Source of the DNA: Anaerolineae bacterium
GTDB lineage: Bacteria > Chloroflexota > Anaerolineae > J102
Assembly: GCA_027002405.1 (NCBI GenBank)
Contig: JALWZT010000212.1
Location: forward strand, 1 to 54,482
Direction of reading: 5' to 3'
DNA: 54,482 nt
The position numbers and the translations under genes were made by a program. This document shows, piece by piece, positions 33,899 through 42,504 of the stretch. Under the pieces are notes generated by a model, which ran no database searches, was not told the origin of the DNA, and saw only the letters and a program-made list of their open reading frames with translations. Numbering within the stretch: the stretch's first letter is position 1; the number at the start of each line of letters is the position of its first letter.

Positions 33899-34045
33899 GG
33901 CAAAAACCACGAGGGCACGACAACACGAAAGCACGAAGAGAAAAGTGGCAGATGAAAAACGCCGTCGCTAGAAGGACTTGCCGCTTGCGACTTGCAAACC
34001 TGTATTGTCTTCGTTTCTTCGAGCCTTCGTGGCAGAACGTTTTGT
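33899..34045. repeat. H-type long imperfect palindrome (copy H3) in the rpoD upstream region
   Basis: ggcaaaaaccacgagggcacgacaacacgaaagcacgaagagaaaag ... gtcttcgtttcttcgagccttcgtggcagaacgttttg. Confidence 0.7.
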
Positions 34046-34184
34046 AGAATGCCTGTATAGTGGCGTCTGAAAATGCCTTTGGCTTAGAACCGAAAATGCC
34101 AGTGTTCAGAAACGGGACCTGATTTTTAGATGGTTCCTAAGGGGGCTGTACCCCCAAAAACTCGAGACTCAAAATATGTGAAAT

Positions 34185-35468
34185 ATGTCCCCAAAAATGA
34201 TGATGAACGAGATGCAAATGCCTGAAATCAGCGCCAATCTTGTGAATGGGGCTGAAATGCCCGCCGAAGAAAAGCCTCTGGATCGGCTGCTACGAGCGGG
34301 TAAAGAAAATGGCTCCGTCACCTATGATGAAATCCTGGCCGCGATCCCTGAGGTTGAGTCCAATATGGAGCTCCTCGAGGATGTCTTCCTGACCCTCTTC
34401 GATCATGGGATCGAAGTGCGCGATGCACGCGATGAGAATAGTGGAACGCCAGAGGCTCTGGTAGAGCTGGATTTGGAAGGAGATGAAGGCGATGTCGAGG
34501 AAGAAGAGGTAGTGAAGGCCGAAGCTCCCGAAATCCCCCCCAGCATCGACCTCAGCCAAATCGAAATGGATGACTCCATCAGCCTTTATTTGAAGGAGAT
34601 CGGACGCGTCCCCCTGCTGACCGCAGAAGAAGAGGTCGAGCTGGCTAAACGCATGGAGCGCGGACATCTGGCCAAACAACGCCTGGAAGAGGGTGTGGAG
34701 GACCCCATCGAGCGAGAATATCTCCTCTGGGTGGTCAGAGACGGTGAACGTGCCCAGGAACACCTCATCAAGGCCAACTCCCGTCTCGTAGTGAGCGTGG
34801 CAAAGAAATATGTGGGCCGCGGCGTGCCTTTCCTGGACCTGATCCAGGAAGGAAACATCGGCTTGATCCGGGCCGTCAATAAGTTCGATTACCGCCGCGG
34901 TTACAAATTCAGCACGTACGCCACCTGGTGGATCCGCCAGGCCGTCACCCGGGCGATTGCAGACCAGGGCCGCACCATTCGTGTGCCTGTGCACATGTAC
35001 GAGCAGATCAATCGCCTGACCCGTACCAGCCGTCAATTGGTGCAGGAGCTGGGGCGTGAACCCACTACCGAAGAGATCGCGGAAGCCCTGGGGGTTTCTC
35101 CCAAGAAGGTGGAACAGGTCATCCGCGTCAGCCAACGCCCCCTCTCCTTGGAAATGCCCGTGGGCGAAGAGGAGGATAGCTATCTGGGCGACTTTATCCC
35201 CGATGAAGATGCCCAATCCCCCACCGACGAGGCCTCCCGCCAGCTCCTGCGTGAGGTTATTGATGAAATCTTCGCCTCCCTCTCCCCGCGTGAAGTACGC
35301 ATCCTGCAATTGCGATTCGGGTTGGTGGATGGCTACAACTACACCCTGGAAGAGGTCGGGCGCAAATTTGGCGTGACGCGTGAACGCATTCGCCAGATCG
35401 AGGCCCAAGCTCTGGGCCGTTTGCGCCATCCCAGCCGCAGCCGTAAACTGCGAGATTACCTCTCCTGA
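34185..35468 (+). CDS. rpoD: primary RNA polymerase sigma factor (sigma-70/SigA)
   Basis: 427 aa with an acidic region 1. Region 2 reads [53 protein letters not shown]. Region 4.2 reads [25 protein letters not shown]. Confidence 0.95.
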   Translation: MSPKMMMNEMQMPEISANLVNGAEMPAEEKPLDRLLRAGKENGSVTYDEILAAIPEVESNMELLEDVFLTLFDHGIEVRDARDENSGTPEALVELDLEGDEGDVEEEEVVKAEAPEIPPSIDLSQIEMDDSISLYLKEIGRVPLLTAEEEVELAKRMERGHLAKQRLEEGVEDPIEREYLLWVVRDGERAQEHLIKANSRLVVSVAKKYVGRGVPFLDLIQEGNIGLIRAVNKFDYRRGYKFSTYATWWIRQAVTRAIADQGRTIRVPVHMYEQINRLTRTSRQLVQELGREPTTEEIAEALGVSPKKVEQVIRVSQRPLSLEMPVGEEEDSYLGDFIPDEDAQSPTDEASRQLLREVIDEIFASLSPREVRILQLRFGLVDGYNYTLEEVGRKFGVTRERIRQIEAQALGRLRHPSRSRKLRDYLS

Positions 35469-35483
35469 CTTCGGAGGATATAC

Positions 35484-35744
35484 ATGGCCAGTCCCGCTTC
35501 TTCTGCATTGAAATTCTTCGGTGGCGTCCTCCTGGGCGCAGCCGTGGGGGCAGGTATCTATTTTGTGGTAACTTCCGATGATGAACAGGGCGTTGTTCAC
35601 CACATCAAAGAACGAGTCCGCTTTGCTTTGGAGGAAGGACGTCGAGCCATGGAGGCTCGTCGCCAGGAATTAGAACAAGAATTGGGGTTCAGCCTGGAAG
35701 ACGAGCCTCCTTTGCCTTTACCCCCACCGCCCCCGGCGGAGTGA
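35484..35744 (+). CDS. YtxH-like small membrane-anchored protein
   Basis: 86 aa with the Gly-rich anchor FFGGVLLGAAVGAGIYFVV followed by an amphipathic helix. It starts 16 nt after rpoD. Confidence 0.55.
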   Translation: MASPASSALKFFGGVLLGAAVGAGIYFVVTSDDEQGVVHHIKERVRFALEEGRRAMEARRQELEQELGFSLEDEPPLPLPPPPPAE

Positions 35745-35816
35745 AAAAAAGACTCTCATGAGTACATTGCCCTCACATCCAGAGCAGGTGTTGTCTCCGG
35801 GCCAGGACCAGTTAAA

Positions 35817-36020
35817 GGAGTAGGAGCAGGATTAGGATTGGGATTGGGTGGGGGATGGACGGACGCGTCATCGCTGCCAAGGGCTGGCTCCACGGCAAAA
35901 AGGTTTTTCAACACGGAGACACGGAGGGCACAGAGAAGTTCATAGGTGGCAAGTTGCAGGTGACTGGTGAAGAGAACGCAGATTCCCACTGATTACTGAT
36001 CACTGATAACTGATTACTTT
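35817..36020. repeat. modular intergenic repeat locus R10 (A, half G element, E remnant, D inverted)
   Basis: ggagtaggagcaggattaggattgggattggg. aaaaggtttttcaacacggagacacggagggcacagagaag is the left arm of the G element only. gaacgcagattccc. ACTGATN x4 35988-36017. Confidence 0.8.
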
Positions 36021-36101
36021 CTCTGCACTTTTGGGTTCCGGCTTATCCGGGTTGGGGCTGGGATGAGGATCAGGCGGCATAAACGACGGCGCGACCTTTG
36101 A

Positions 36102-38660
36102 TTACGCCCACTTTATCAAGGCCATTTCAAATTTGTTGTTCAAGTGTGGGTGAACCGGGATCACGCGGATGGCGTAGCCGAATTTTCCATTGGTATCGAA
36201 GCAAAGATGGCCCGTGTATGTGAGCCCGCCGTCGGGCCGGACCCCGGTCTGTTTCATGGGCAGCACGTGAAGATCCCGGAGTTCATCCCCTTCGCCGTTG
36301 CGTTCGCCCCATATCATCTCCACAAGGATATCTTCGGGGGAGATCGCGCCTAAATACACGTGCGCGGTTAAGTCAAGGCAATCCCCCATGGTTAATCGGT
36401 CCACCCGAGGCGATTCGGCCATGATGTGAACCTGGCCCCATGAGCGATAAATGTGCTCCTTCCATGCGGCCAAGGCTTTCGCCGCGGCGAAATCGTCCGC
36501 CTGCATGCGCTCCCCTGCTTGAATAGCTGGCAAATAGAGCTTGGTCATGTACTCCTTCACCTGTCGGCTCATGGAAAAGCGCGGGGCGTCATGACGAATG
36601 GCGGCCTTCATGCGGCGCACCCATTCCCGCGGAACCCCTGCAGTGTCCCGGTTAAAGAAAGTGGGGATGATGTCTCGTTCCAGGGTATTGTATAGGGATT
36701 GGGCATCGGCCTCGTCTTGCACCTCGGGGCTCTTGTATTCCCGTGCTTCGCCAATGACCCAGCCATTTTCGCCCGTATACCCTTCGGCCCACCAGCCATC
36801 CAGTACGGAAAAATTGGGGATCGCGTTGAGCGCGGCCTTTTGCCCGCTGGTGCCACTGGCTTCATTGGGCCTTCGAGGATTGTTGAGCCATAGGTCCACG
36901 CTCTGCACCAAGTGGCGGGCGATGTTCATGTCATAGTTTTCAATGAAAATCACCTTGCCTTCAAAATCGGGATGGTTGGAAAGCTGGTGGATTTGCTTAA
37001 TGAGGGCTTTGCCTGGTTCATCAGCCGGATGCGCTTTGCCCGAAAAGATGATTTGGACCGGGCGTTCGGAATCGTTGAGGATGCGGCGAATGCGTTCCAG
37101 GTCGTGGAAGATGAGGGTAGCTCGTTTATACGTGGCAAAACGCCGGGCAAAACCGATGGTCAAGGCATCGGGGTTGAAAAGCTTATACGCAGCCTCCACC
37201 CGGGCCGGTGAATCGCCGTAACGCCGGCGTTGTTGAGCTACCCGGTCTCGCAAAAAGTCCAACGCGAGATGCCGCAGCTTTTGATGCTTCTTCCATAGAA
37301 CTTCATCCGGGATGTCCTCGATTTTATCCCAGGCATTGATCTGATCCGGCTCTTCCCGCCAGTTTTCGGCCCCAAGATATTCATCATAAAGCTCGGCCAG
37401 TTCCGGCGAGAGCCATGTCCCCGTATGCACGCCATTGGTGACGTGGGTAATGGGGACCTCTTCCACCGGCAGCCCCGGCCACAGGCCCGCCCACATCTTT
37501 CGCGCCACGTGCCCGTGTAACCTGCTGACGCCATTGGCATACGCCGCGAAACGCAGGGCCAGCACCGTCATGCTAAACATCTCGCCCCATGGAGTTTGCC
37601 AGCGGGCCAGGTTCATGAACCCAATGCGGTCCAACCCCATCTGCCCCCAATAGGTGCGGAAGTACTTGTCGACCAAATCAAAGGTGAACGCGTCGTTGCC
37701 CGCGGGCACCGGGGTATGGGTGGTAAACACCGAACTCGCCATGACCACTTGTTGGGCCTGGAAAAAACTTAAATGATGCTCCTGCACCAGCTCTCGCACC
37801 CGCTCCAGGCTCAGGAATGCGGAATGTCCTTCATTCATATGAAAAATCGCGGGCCGAATGCCCAAGGCCCTTAACGCACGCACCCCTCCGATGCCCAAGA
37901 CAATCTCTTGCGCGATACGGATTTCATGATCCCCACCATAGAGCCGGGCCGCCAATTCTCGATCCGGTTCAGCATTCATTTCCACATTGGTGTCCAGCAA
38001 GAAAAGGGGAATGCGCCCGACCTGAATGCGCCACACCCGGGCATACACATTGCGCCCGGGCAGCTCCACACTGATGATAACCTCCTTGCCCTGGGCATCG
38101 GTCGCGGCCTGCACCGGCGCGTCCGAAAAATCCAGGTGTTCATAGATCGCTTCCTGGGTGCCATCATCCTTGATATGTTGGGTGAAATACCCCTGGGGGT
38201 AGAGAAATCCGACCCCCACAAAGGGAAGCCCTAAATCACTGGCGGATTTGCAGTGATCTCCCGAAAGAATCCCTAACCCCCCTGAATAGATAGGCAACGA
38301 TTCATGCAGCCCGAATTCCGCGGAGAAATAGGCAATGGTTTTATCCTGAAATTGGGGATAAGTCCGGCTGAACCAGGTGCTTTGCGGATGCATATACCTA
38401 TCAAACGCATCCATGACATCCTGATACAATTCCAGAAAATCCCTATCGCGGGCCAAGGCCTCCAGGCGCTTTGACGAGACCATTCGCAACAATTTCACCG
38501 GGTTATGATTGACCTCCTCCCATAGTAGCGGGTCGATCGTCTCGAACATACGTAGCGCCTGAGGAGACCAGGACCACCATAAATTATAGACCAGCTCATT
38601 TAGCCGGGCTAAAGGCTGGGGAAGAGATGGGAAAACGGAAACAGAACCTAATAGCTTCAA
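36102..38660 (-). CDS. glgP: alpha-glucan (glycogen/maltodextrin) phosphorylase, GT35
   Basis: 852 aa. The PLP-lysine region is NEASGTSGQKAALNAIPNFSVLDGWW. The N-terminus has the alpha-glucan-phosphorylase layout (LARLNELVYNLWWSW). Confidence 0.9.
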   Translation of the reverse strand: MKLLGSVSVFPSLPQPLARLNELVYNLWWSWSPQALRMFETIDPLLWEEVNHNPVKLLRMVSSKRLEALARDRDFLELYQDVMDAFDRYMHPQSTWFSRTYPQFQDKTIAYFSAEFGLHESLPIYSGGLGILSGDHCKSASDLGLPFVGVGFLYPQGYFTQHIKDDGTQEAIYEHLDFSDAPVQAATDAQGKEVIISVELPGRNVYARVWRIQVGRIPLFLLDTNVEMNAEPDRELAARLYGGDHEIRIAQEIVLGIGGVRALRALGIRPAIFHMNEGHSAFLSLERVRELVQEHHLSFFQAQQVVMASSVFTTHTPVPAGNDAFTFDLVDKYFRTYWGQMGLDRIGFMNLARWQTPWGEMFSMTVLALRFAAYANGVSRLHGHVARKMWAGLWPGLPVEEVPITHVTNGVHTGTWLSPELAELYDEYLGAENWREEPDQINAWDKIEDIPDEVLWKKHQKLRHLALDFLRDRVAQQRRRYGDSPARVEAAYKLFNPDALTIGFARRFATYKRATLIFHDLERIRRILNDSERPVQIIFSGKAHPADEPGKALIKQIHQLSNHPDFEGKVIFIENYDMNIARHLVQSVDLWLNNPRRPNEASGTSGQKAALNAIPNFSVLDGWWAEGYTGENGWVIGEAREYKSPEVQDEADAQSLYNTLERDIIPTFFNRDTAGVPREWVRRMKAAIRHDAPRFSMSRQVKEYMTKLYLPAIQAGERMQADDFAAAKALAAWKEHIYRSWGQVHIMAESPRVDRLTMGDCLDLTAHVYLGAISPEDILVEMIWGERNGEGDELRDLHVLPMKQTGVRPDGGLTYTGHLCFDTNGKFGYAIRVIPVHPHLNNKFEMALIKWA

Positions 38661-38688
38661 TGGAACACCTCAATGAGAAAGAATGGAT

Positions 38689-38836
38689 GTCCTGAAAAAA
38701 CCTTAACCACGGAGACACAGAGAGCACGGAGAAGGTAAAAGATTAAGGTTTGGAGAGAATTTTCTCCGTGAACCCCCTTATTTTTTCTCTGTGTCCTCCG
38801 TGTCTCCGTGTTGAAAAACCTTTTTGCAGTGCATCC
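38689..38836. repeat. G-type long-hairpin element, copy G2 (inverted relative to G1)
   Basis: The reverse complement reads ggatgcactgcaaaaaggtttttcaacacggagacacggaggacacagagaaaaaataagg...ccgtggttaaggttttttcaggac. By eye this is almost identical to 8229-8373. It lies just downstream of the DUF59 gene on the minus strand. Confidence 0.85.
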
Positions 38837-38873
38837 AAGAATAGTTGCTGATTTTTACGAGAGCCAAGTAATC

Positions 38874-39203
38874 TTAAACAGTGGCTGGTGGCTCGGTTAC
38901 GTGTACAAACTCGGGATAAATGATCTCCATGGCCCCTAAAATGGCAGGGGGCTCCCACTTTTCTTGTAAAATCGTGGTGTGGACTTCTTCCACTTGGGGC
39001 AAAGCACCCTTGAGGGCATGCTCTACCTTGAGGGTGATCATAGGAGCCAAAGGACAAAAGGGAGTGGTGAGCACCAAATCCACTTCCACGCGCTTCCCCC
39101 GAATGCGGACGTCCTTGACCATGTTCAATGTGACAATATCCAGAGTGAATTCGGGATCATACACATGGGCCAAGGCTTTAAGGACTTGCGTTTGGGTGAT
39201 CAC
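38874..39203 (-). CDS. DUF59/MIP18-family Fe-S cluster assembly protein (SufT-like)
   Basis: A GTG start at 39203 is preceded by AAGGAGG with a 6-nt spacing, giving VITQTQVLKALAHVYDPEFTLDIVTLNMVKDV...TTPFCPLAPM. The longer ORF to 39341 has no supporting SD. Confidence 0.8.
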   Translation of the reverse strand: MITQTQVLKALAHVYDPEFTLDIVTLNMVKDVRIRGKRVEVDLVLTTPFCPLAPMITLKVEHALKGALPQVEEVHTTILQEKWEPPAILGAMEIIYPEFVHVTEPPATV

Positions 39204-39277
39204 AATGAACCTCCTTGAGAAAAAAGGGTGTGGATTTGTATGATAACTCGAAAACCTTAGCCTAAGCAAGCTAAAGC

Positions 39278-39307
39278 TTGGAATGCAATCAAGAGTATGG
39301 GTATAAT
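39278..39307 (+). promoter_or_regulatory. candidate promoter for the E1 dehydrogenase gene
   Basis: TTGGAA (39278-39283), an 18-nt spacer, then TATAAT (39302-39307). It lies about 45 nt upstream of the start at 39353. This is a by-eye match only. Confidence 0.35.
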
Positions 39308-39352
39308 GTACTCTCCACTGTTCCATACATCGCGTACTCATAGGACACGGTT

Positions 39353-41425
39353 TTGCTTATGACAACTCAAACTCCCTTGCATCCTGCTTTCGATTGGCAT
39401 CGAGTAGCCTATCTGGTGTTGCTCTCACGTGCGTTGGACGAATTGGAAGAGAAGGAACTGACGCCCAAAGGCCTGGTGAAATACCAGTTTTCGGCCCGGG
39501 GGCATGAACTGGGACAGGTACTTCTCAGCCAATTGGTGACCCATCCTCATGACGGGGCCAGTGTGTATTATCGCACGCGGCCTTTTATGCTGGGGGTGGG
39601 GCTGGATTTGGTAGATGCTTTGGCCGCAGGGATGACCCGGGCCGGGGGGCTGAGTGACGGCCGGGATGTGGGCGTCGTCTTCAATATGCCCTCTCAAGGC
39701 GGTGTCACCGTGCTGCCCAACGCCGCGGATGTGGGGTCCCAGTACACCCCAGGCGCGGGATGGGCTCAGGCCATTCGCTATTATGTCGAGGTTCTCAAGG
39801 ATGAAAGCTGGGAGGGGGCGATGGCTGTGATTTTCGGGGGGGATGGTTCGGTCGCGTCCAATGGCTTTTGGTCCGCGCTCACCATCACCACCACGCTGAA
39901 GTTACCCGCGCTCTTTGTGGTCGAAGATAATGAGCTGGCGATTTCGGTGCAAGGTGCCCTACAGACGCCCGGAGGCAACATCGCCCGCAACCTGACTTCG
40001 TTCCAAAACCTGCGGGTATGGGATGGCCGGGGCTACGTGCCCGAAGAGGCCGCAGCCATTCTGACCGAGGCTGTGCAGCATGTGCGCTCGGGCGCGGGGC
40101 CGGGACTGGTCCACCTGGTGGTCCCGCGAATTTCCGGGCATTCTTCGGTGGACAACCAGGCCTACAAAACCGCGGAGGACCTGGCCCGGGACGCAGAGCG
40201 AGACCCCATCCCCTGGCTCCGGGCGTATCTCGTGCCTGCATTCATGAGTCAGGAAGCCTGGGATCAATTGCAAGCCCAGGCCCAGCAAGCGGTGCAAGAC
40301 GCCTTGGCCGCGGCCCTGGCCCGTCCCGAACCGGAAGTGACCTCGGTCACCCGCCACGTCTGGCATGATCCCGCCCATCCCGCGCAGCAAGGGGGCCCCA
40401 CTCCCAGCGGACTCACTTTCCCTCCCGGCTCTTCCACGCCTCAACCGCCTGAGCCCACCCGCATCAACATGGTCGAGGCCATCCGCCGTACCCTGGATGT
40501 GGAACTGGCTGTGAATCCTCGGGCCCTGGTTTTTGGTGAGGATGTCGGACGCAAAGGTGGGGTGCACACAGCGACCCTGGGCCTGCAAGCCAAGTACGGC
40601 GAGGGCCGGGTTTTTGACACCAGTCTTTCCGAAGAAGGCATTATGGGGCGATCGGTGGGCATGGTCATTGCCGGACTCACACCGATCCCCGAAATCCAAT
40701 ATCGCAAATACGCGGATCCGGCCATGGAACAAATTCACAACTGTGGCACGGTCCGTTGGCGCACGGCCAATCGCTTTGCCGCGCCTGTGGTGGTCCGCAT
40801 GTCGGGCGGGTATCGCAAAATCGGCGACCCCTGGCACAGTGTGACTGAAGAGATCACCTACGTACATGCGGTGGGATGGAAGGTGGCGGTGCCCTCCAAC
40901 GCCGAAGATGCCGTAGGCCTGTTGCGCACCGCGCTGCGAGGGGATGATCCGGTGATTTTCTTCGAGCATCGGGCCATGTACGATGCCGCGTGGGCCCGAC
41001 GCCCTTACCCTGGGGATCACTACATGATTCCCTTTGGGCGGGCCCGGATTATCCGGCCAGGAGATGAACTGACCGTGGTCACCTGGGGAGCCATGGTAGA
41101 ACGTTGCGATTTCGCAGCCCAAGACCTGGATGGTGTCGAAATTATCGATCTGCGCACCTTGCAGCCCTGGGATCACGAAACCGTGTTGGCCTCCATCGCC
41201 AAAACCGGCAAATGCCTCATCGTGCACGAGGATGTGGTGTTCGGAGGCTTTGGCGCGGAAATCGCGGCCTTCATCGCAGAAGAAGCCTTTGAGTTCCTGG
41301 ATGGCCCCGTGATGCGCATTGGTGCCCCACAGGTCATGACCCCTTACAGTCAAAAACTGATGGAAGGGGTTGTGCCCAGCATCAGCCGCATCCGCGAGGG
41401 CATGCTCCAATTGTTGGCTTATTAG
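39353..41425 (+). CDS. fused 2-oxoacid dehydrogenase E1 component (alpha and beta subunits in one polypeptide, TPP-dependent)
   Basis: 690 aa. The N-terminal half is E1-alpha-like (GGDGSVASNGFWSALTITTTLKLPALFVVEDNELAIS). The C-terminal half is E1-beta/transketolase-like (INMVEAIRRTLDVELAVNPRALVFGEDVG...; PVIFFEHRAMY). Confidence 0.85.
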   Translation: MLMTTQTPLHPAFDWHRVAYLVLLSRALDELEEKELTPKGLVKYQFSARGHELGQVLLSQLVTHPHDGASVYYRTRPFMLGVGLDLVDALAAGMTRAGGLSDGRDVGVVFNMPSQGGVTVLPNAADVGSQYTPGAGWAQAIRYYVEVLKDESWEGAMAVIFGGDGSVASNGFWSALTITTTLKLPALFVVEDNELAISVQGALQTPGGNIARNLTSFQNLRVWDGRGYVPEEAAAILTEAVQHVRSGAGPGLVHLVVPRISGHSSVDNQAYKTAEDLARDAERDPIPWLRAYLVPAFMSQEAWDQLQAQAQQAVQDALAAALARPEPEVTSVTRHVWHDPAHPAQQGGPTPSGLTFPPGSSTPQPPEPTRINMVEAIRRTLDVELAVNPRALVFGEDVGRKGGVHTATLGLQAKYGEGRVFDTSLSEEGIMGRSVGMVIAGLTPIPEIQYRKYADPAMEQIHNCGTVRWRTANRFAAPVVVRMSGGYRKIGDPWHSVTEEITYVHAVGWKVAVPSNAEDAVGLLRTALRGDDPVIFFEHRAMYDAAWARRPYPGDHYMIPFGRARIIRPGDELTVVTWGAMVERCDFAAQDLDGVEIIDLRTLQPWDHETVLASIAKTGKCLIVHEDVVFGGFGAEIAAFIAEEAFEFLDGPVMRIGAPQVMTPYSQKLMEGVVPSISRIREGMLQLLAY

Positions 41426-41457
41426 ATTATTCTAAACGCGAAAGAGAAGCCGGGGGA

Positions 41458-42492
41458 TCAGGCCTCCCCCGGCTCTATTGTTTCCTGCTCGATTGGGGTG
41501 GGATTCTGTTGGCCCGCGGCCGTCGTAGGGGGAAGCGGAATGCGTTCCTGTAGGGCGAGGGCCCCATAATGCCAGCGCACCCAAACGAGTACCAGGATCG
41601 CGCCGATGAGCACGGCGAGAAGTCCTATCAGACCCGCTTCAGGCCCGAAGCGCCCCCCTGTCCACAGATCAGGGCCTTGCTGTTCGATGGCCAGAAAGGA
41701 AACACTGTTGGACGCGGTGCCACTGACAGGAAAACCAAACACATTCCCCTGGAAGAAATTCCAGGTGATATGCAGCCCAATGGGGATCGCCAGCTCGCCT
41801 GTGAGCACATACCCCAACCCCAGAAAAAGCCCGGCCACCACCAGGTTCGCCGTGCTTACCCAGGTCGCGTTGGGGTTCCCCAGATGTCCCAGGCCAAACA
41901 CCAGCGAAGAAAGTACCCAGGCCAGGACCAGGGCCACGGCAGGGGACCAGAAGGAAAAGTTGAGACCTTCGGCCAGGTTGTGGAGCAAATACCCCCGGGA
42001 AAGCAATTCTTCGAAGAGACCTACGGCCAGGAAAAGCACAGCCGCCCAGAAAATCCCGGCGCTAAAAGACATGCCCGTGGGTACCTGCTGGGTGCCAACC
42101 ACCTTCACCCAGCCCGCCAGATATTCGACGCTGAAAATCCCGGTCATCAACACCGCGCCTAAAAGCAGGCCAAACAGGAAATCCACCCACCAGGCCCTAT
42201 CCAGGGCAAATCCATAATCCCTGAACGGGCGACGGTCCACCCAGCGGGCCACCAACACCAGTGTGATGAACAGGGCGATGAGCTGCAACCATTCGCTTAA
42301 AGCCCAACCTTTGATGAATTGCGCCCCCTCATTGGTTTTCAATGCCTGGATAAGACCCGGAGCTAGCACATAAAGAAGGGTTTGCGTCCCCGCCATGATG
42401 GGGACAAAAATCAGAACGAACACGAGAAATCGCCACAGGAAACGTAATCGACGCTCCTCGCGATTCCAGAACAACCATACAAGCGTATCCAT
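41458..42492 (-). CDS. CPBP-family (CAAX/Abi) intramembrane glutamic endopeptidase
   Basis: 344 aa, polytopic, with motifs FEELLSRGYLLHNL and FGLGHLGNPN. It starts 12 nt downstream of the helicase gene stop, on the same strand. Confidence 0.8.
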   Translation of the reverse strand: MDTLVWLFWNREERRLRFLWRFLVFVLIFVPIMAGTQTLLYVLAPGLIQALKTNEGAQFIKGWALSEWLQLIALFITLVLVARWVDRRPFRDYGFALDRAWWVDFLFGLLLGAVLMTGIFSVEYLAGWVKVVGTQQVPTGMSFSAGIFWAAVLFLAVGLFEELLSRGYLLHNLAEGLNFSFWSPAVALVLAWVLSSLVFGLGHLGNPNATWVSTANLVVAGLFLGLGYVLTGELAIPIGLHITWNFFQGNVFGFPVSGTASNSVSFLAIEQQGPDLWTGGRFGPEAGLIGLLAVLIGAILVLVWVRWHYGALALQERIPLPPTTAAGQQNPTPIEQETIEPGEA

Positions 42493-42504
42493 GGGAAAAC
42501 CTCC

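Noticed and set aside
34290-35603. Very long antisense or alternative-frame ORFs appear at 34290..35603 opposite rpoD, 39959..41410 opposite E1, 2177..3118 opposite the SBP, 6704..7513, 23840..24775, 45996..46688, 47489..48214 and 15830..16633.
   Set aside because: Each overlaps a gene with clear family motifs on the other strand or frame. Their translations are Gly/Arg/Pro/His-rich low-complexity sequence, typical of stop-poor frames in GC-rich DNA.
35756-35989. 77-aa ORF 35756..35989 (minus strand) downstream of the YtxH-like gene.
   Set aside because: It is composed of the hexamer module (PPPNPNPNPAP) and the half G element. It is a repeat-derived artefact.
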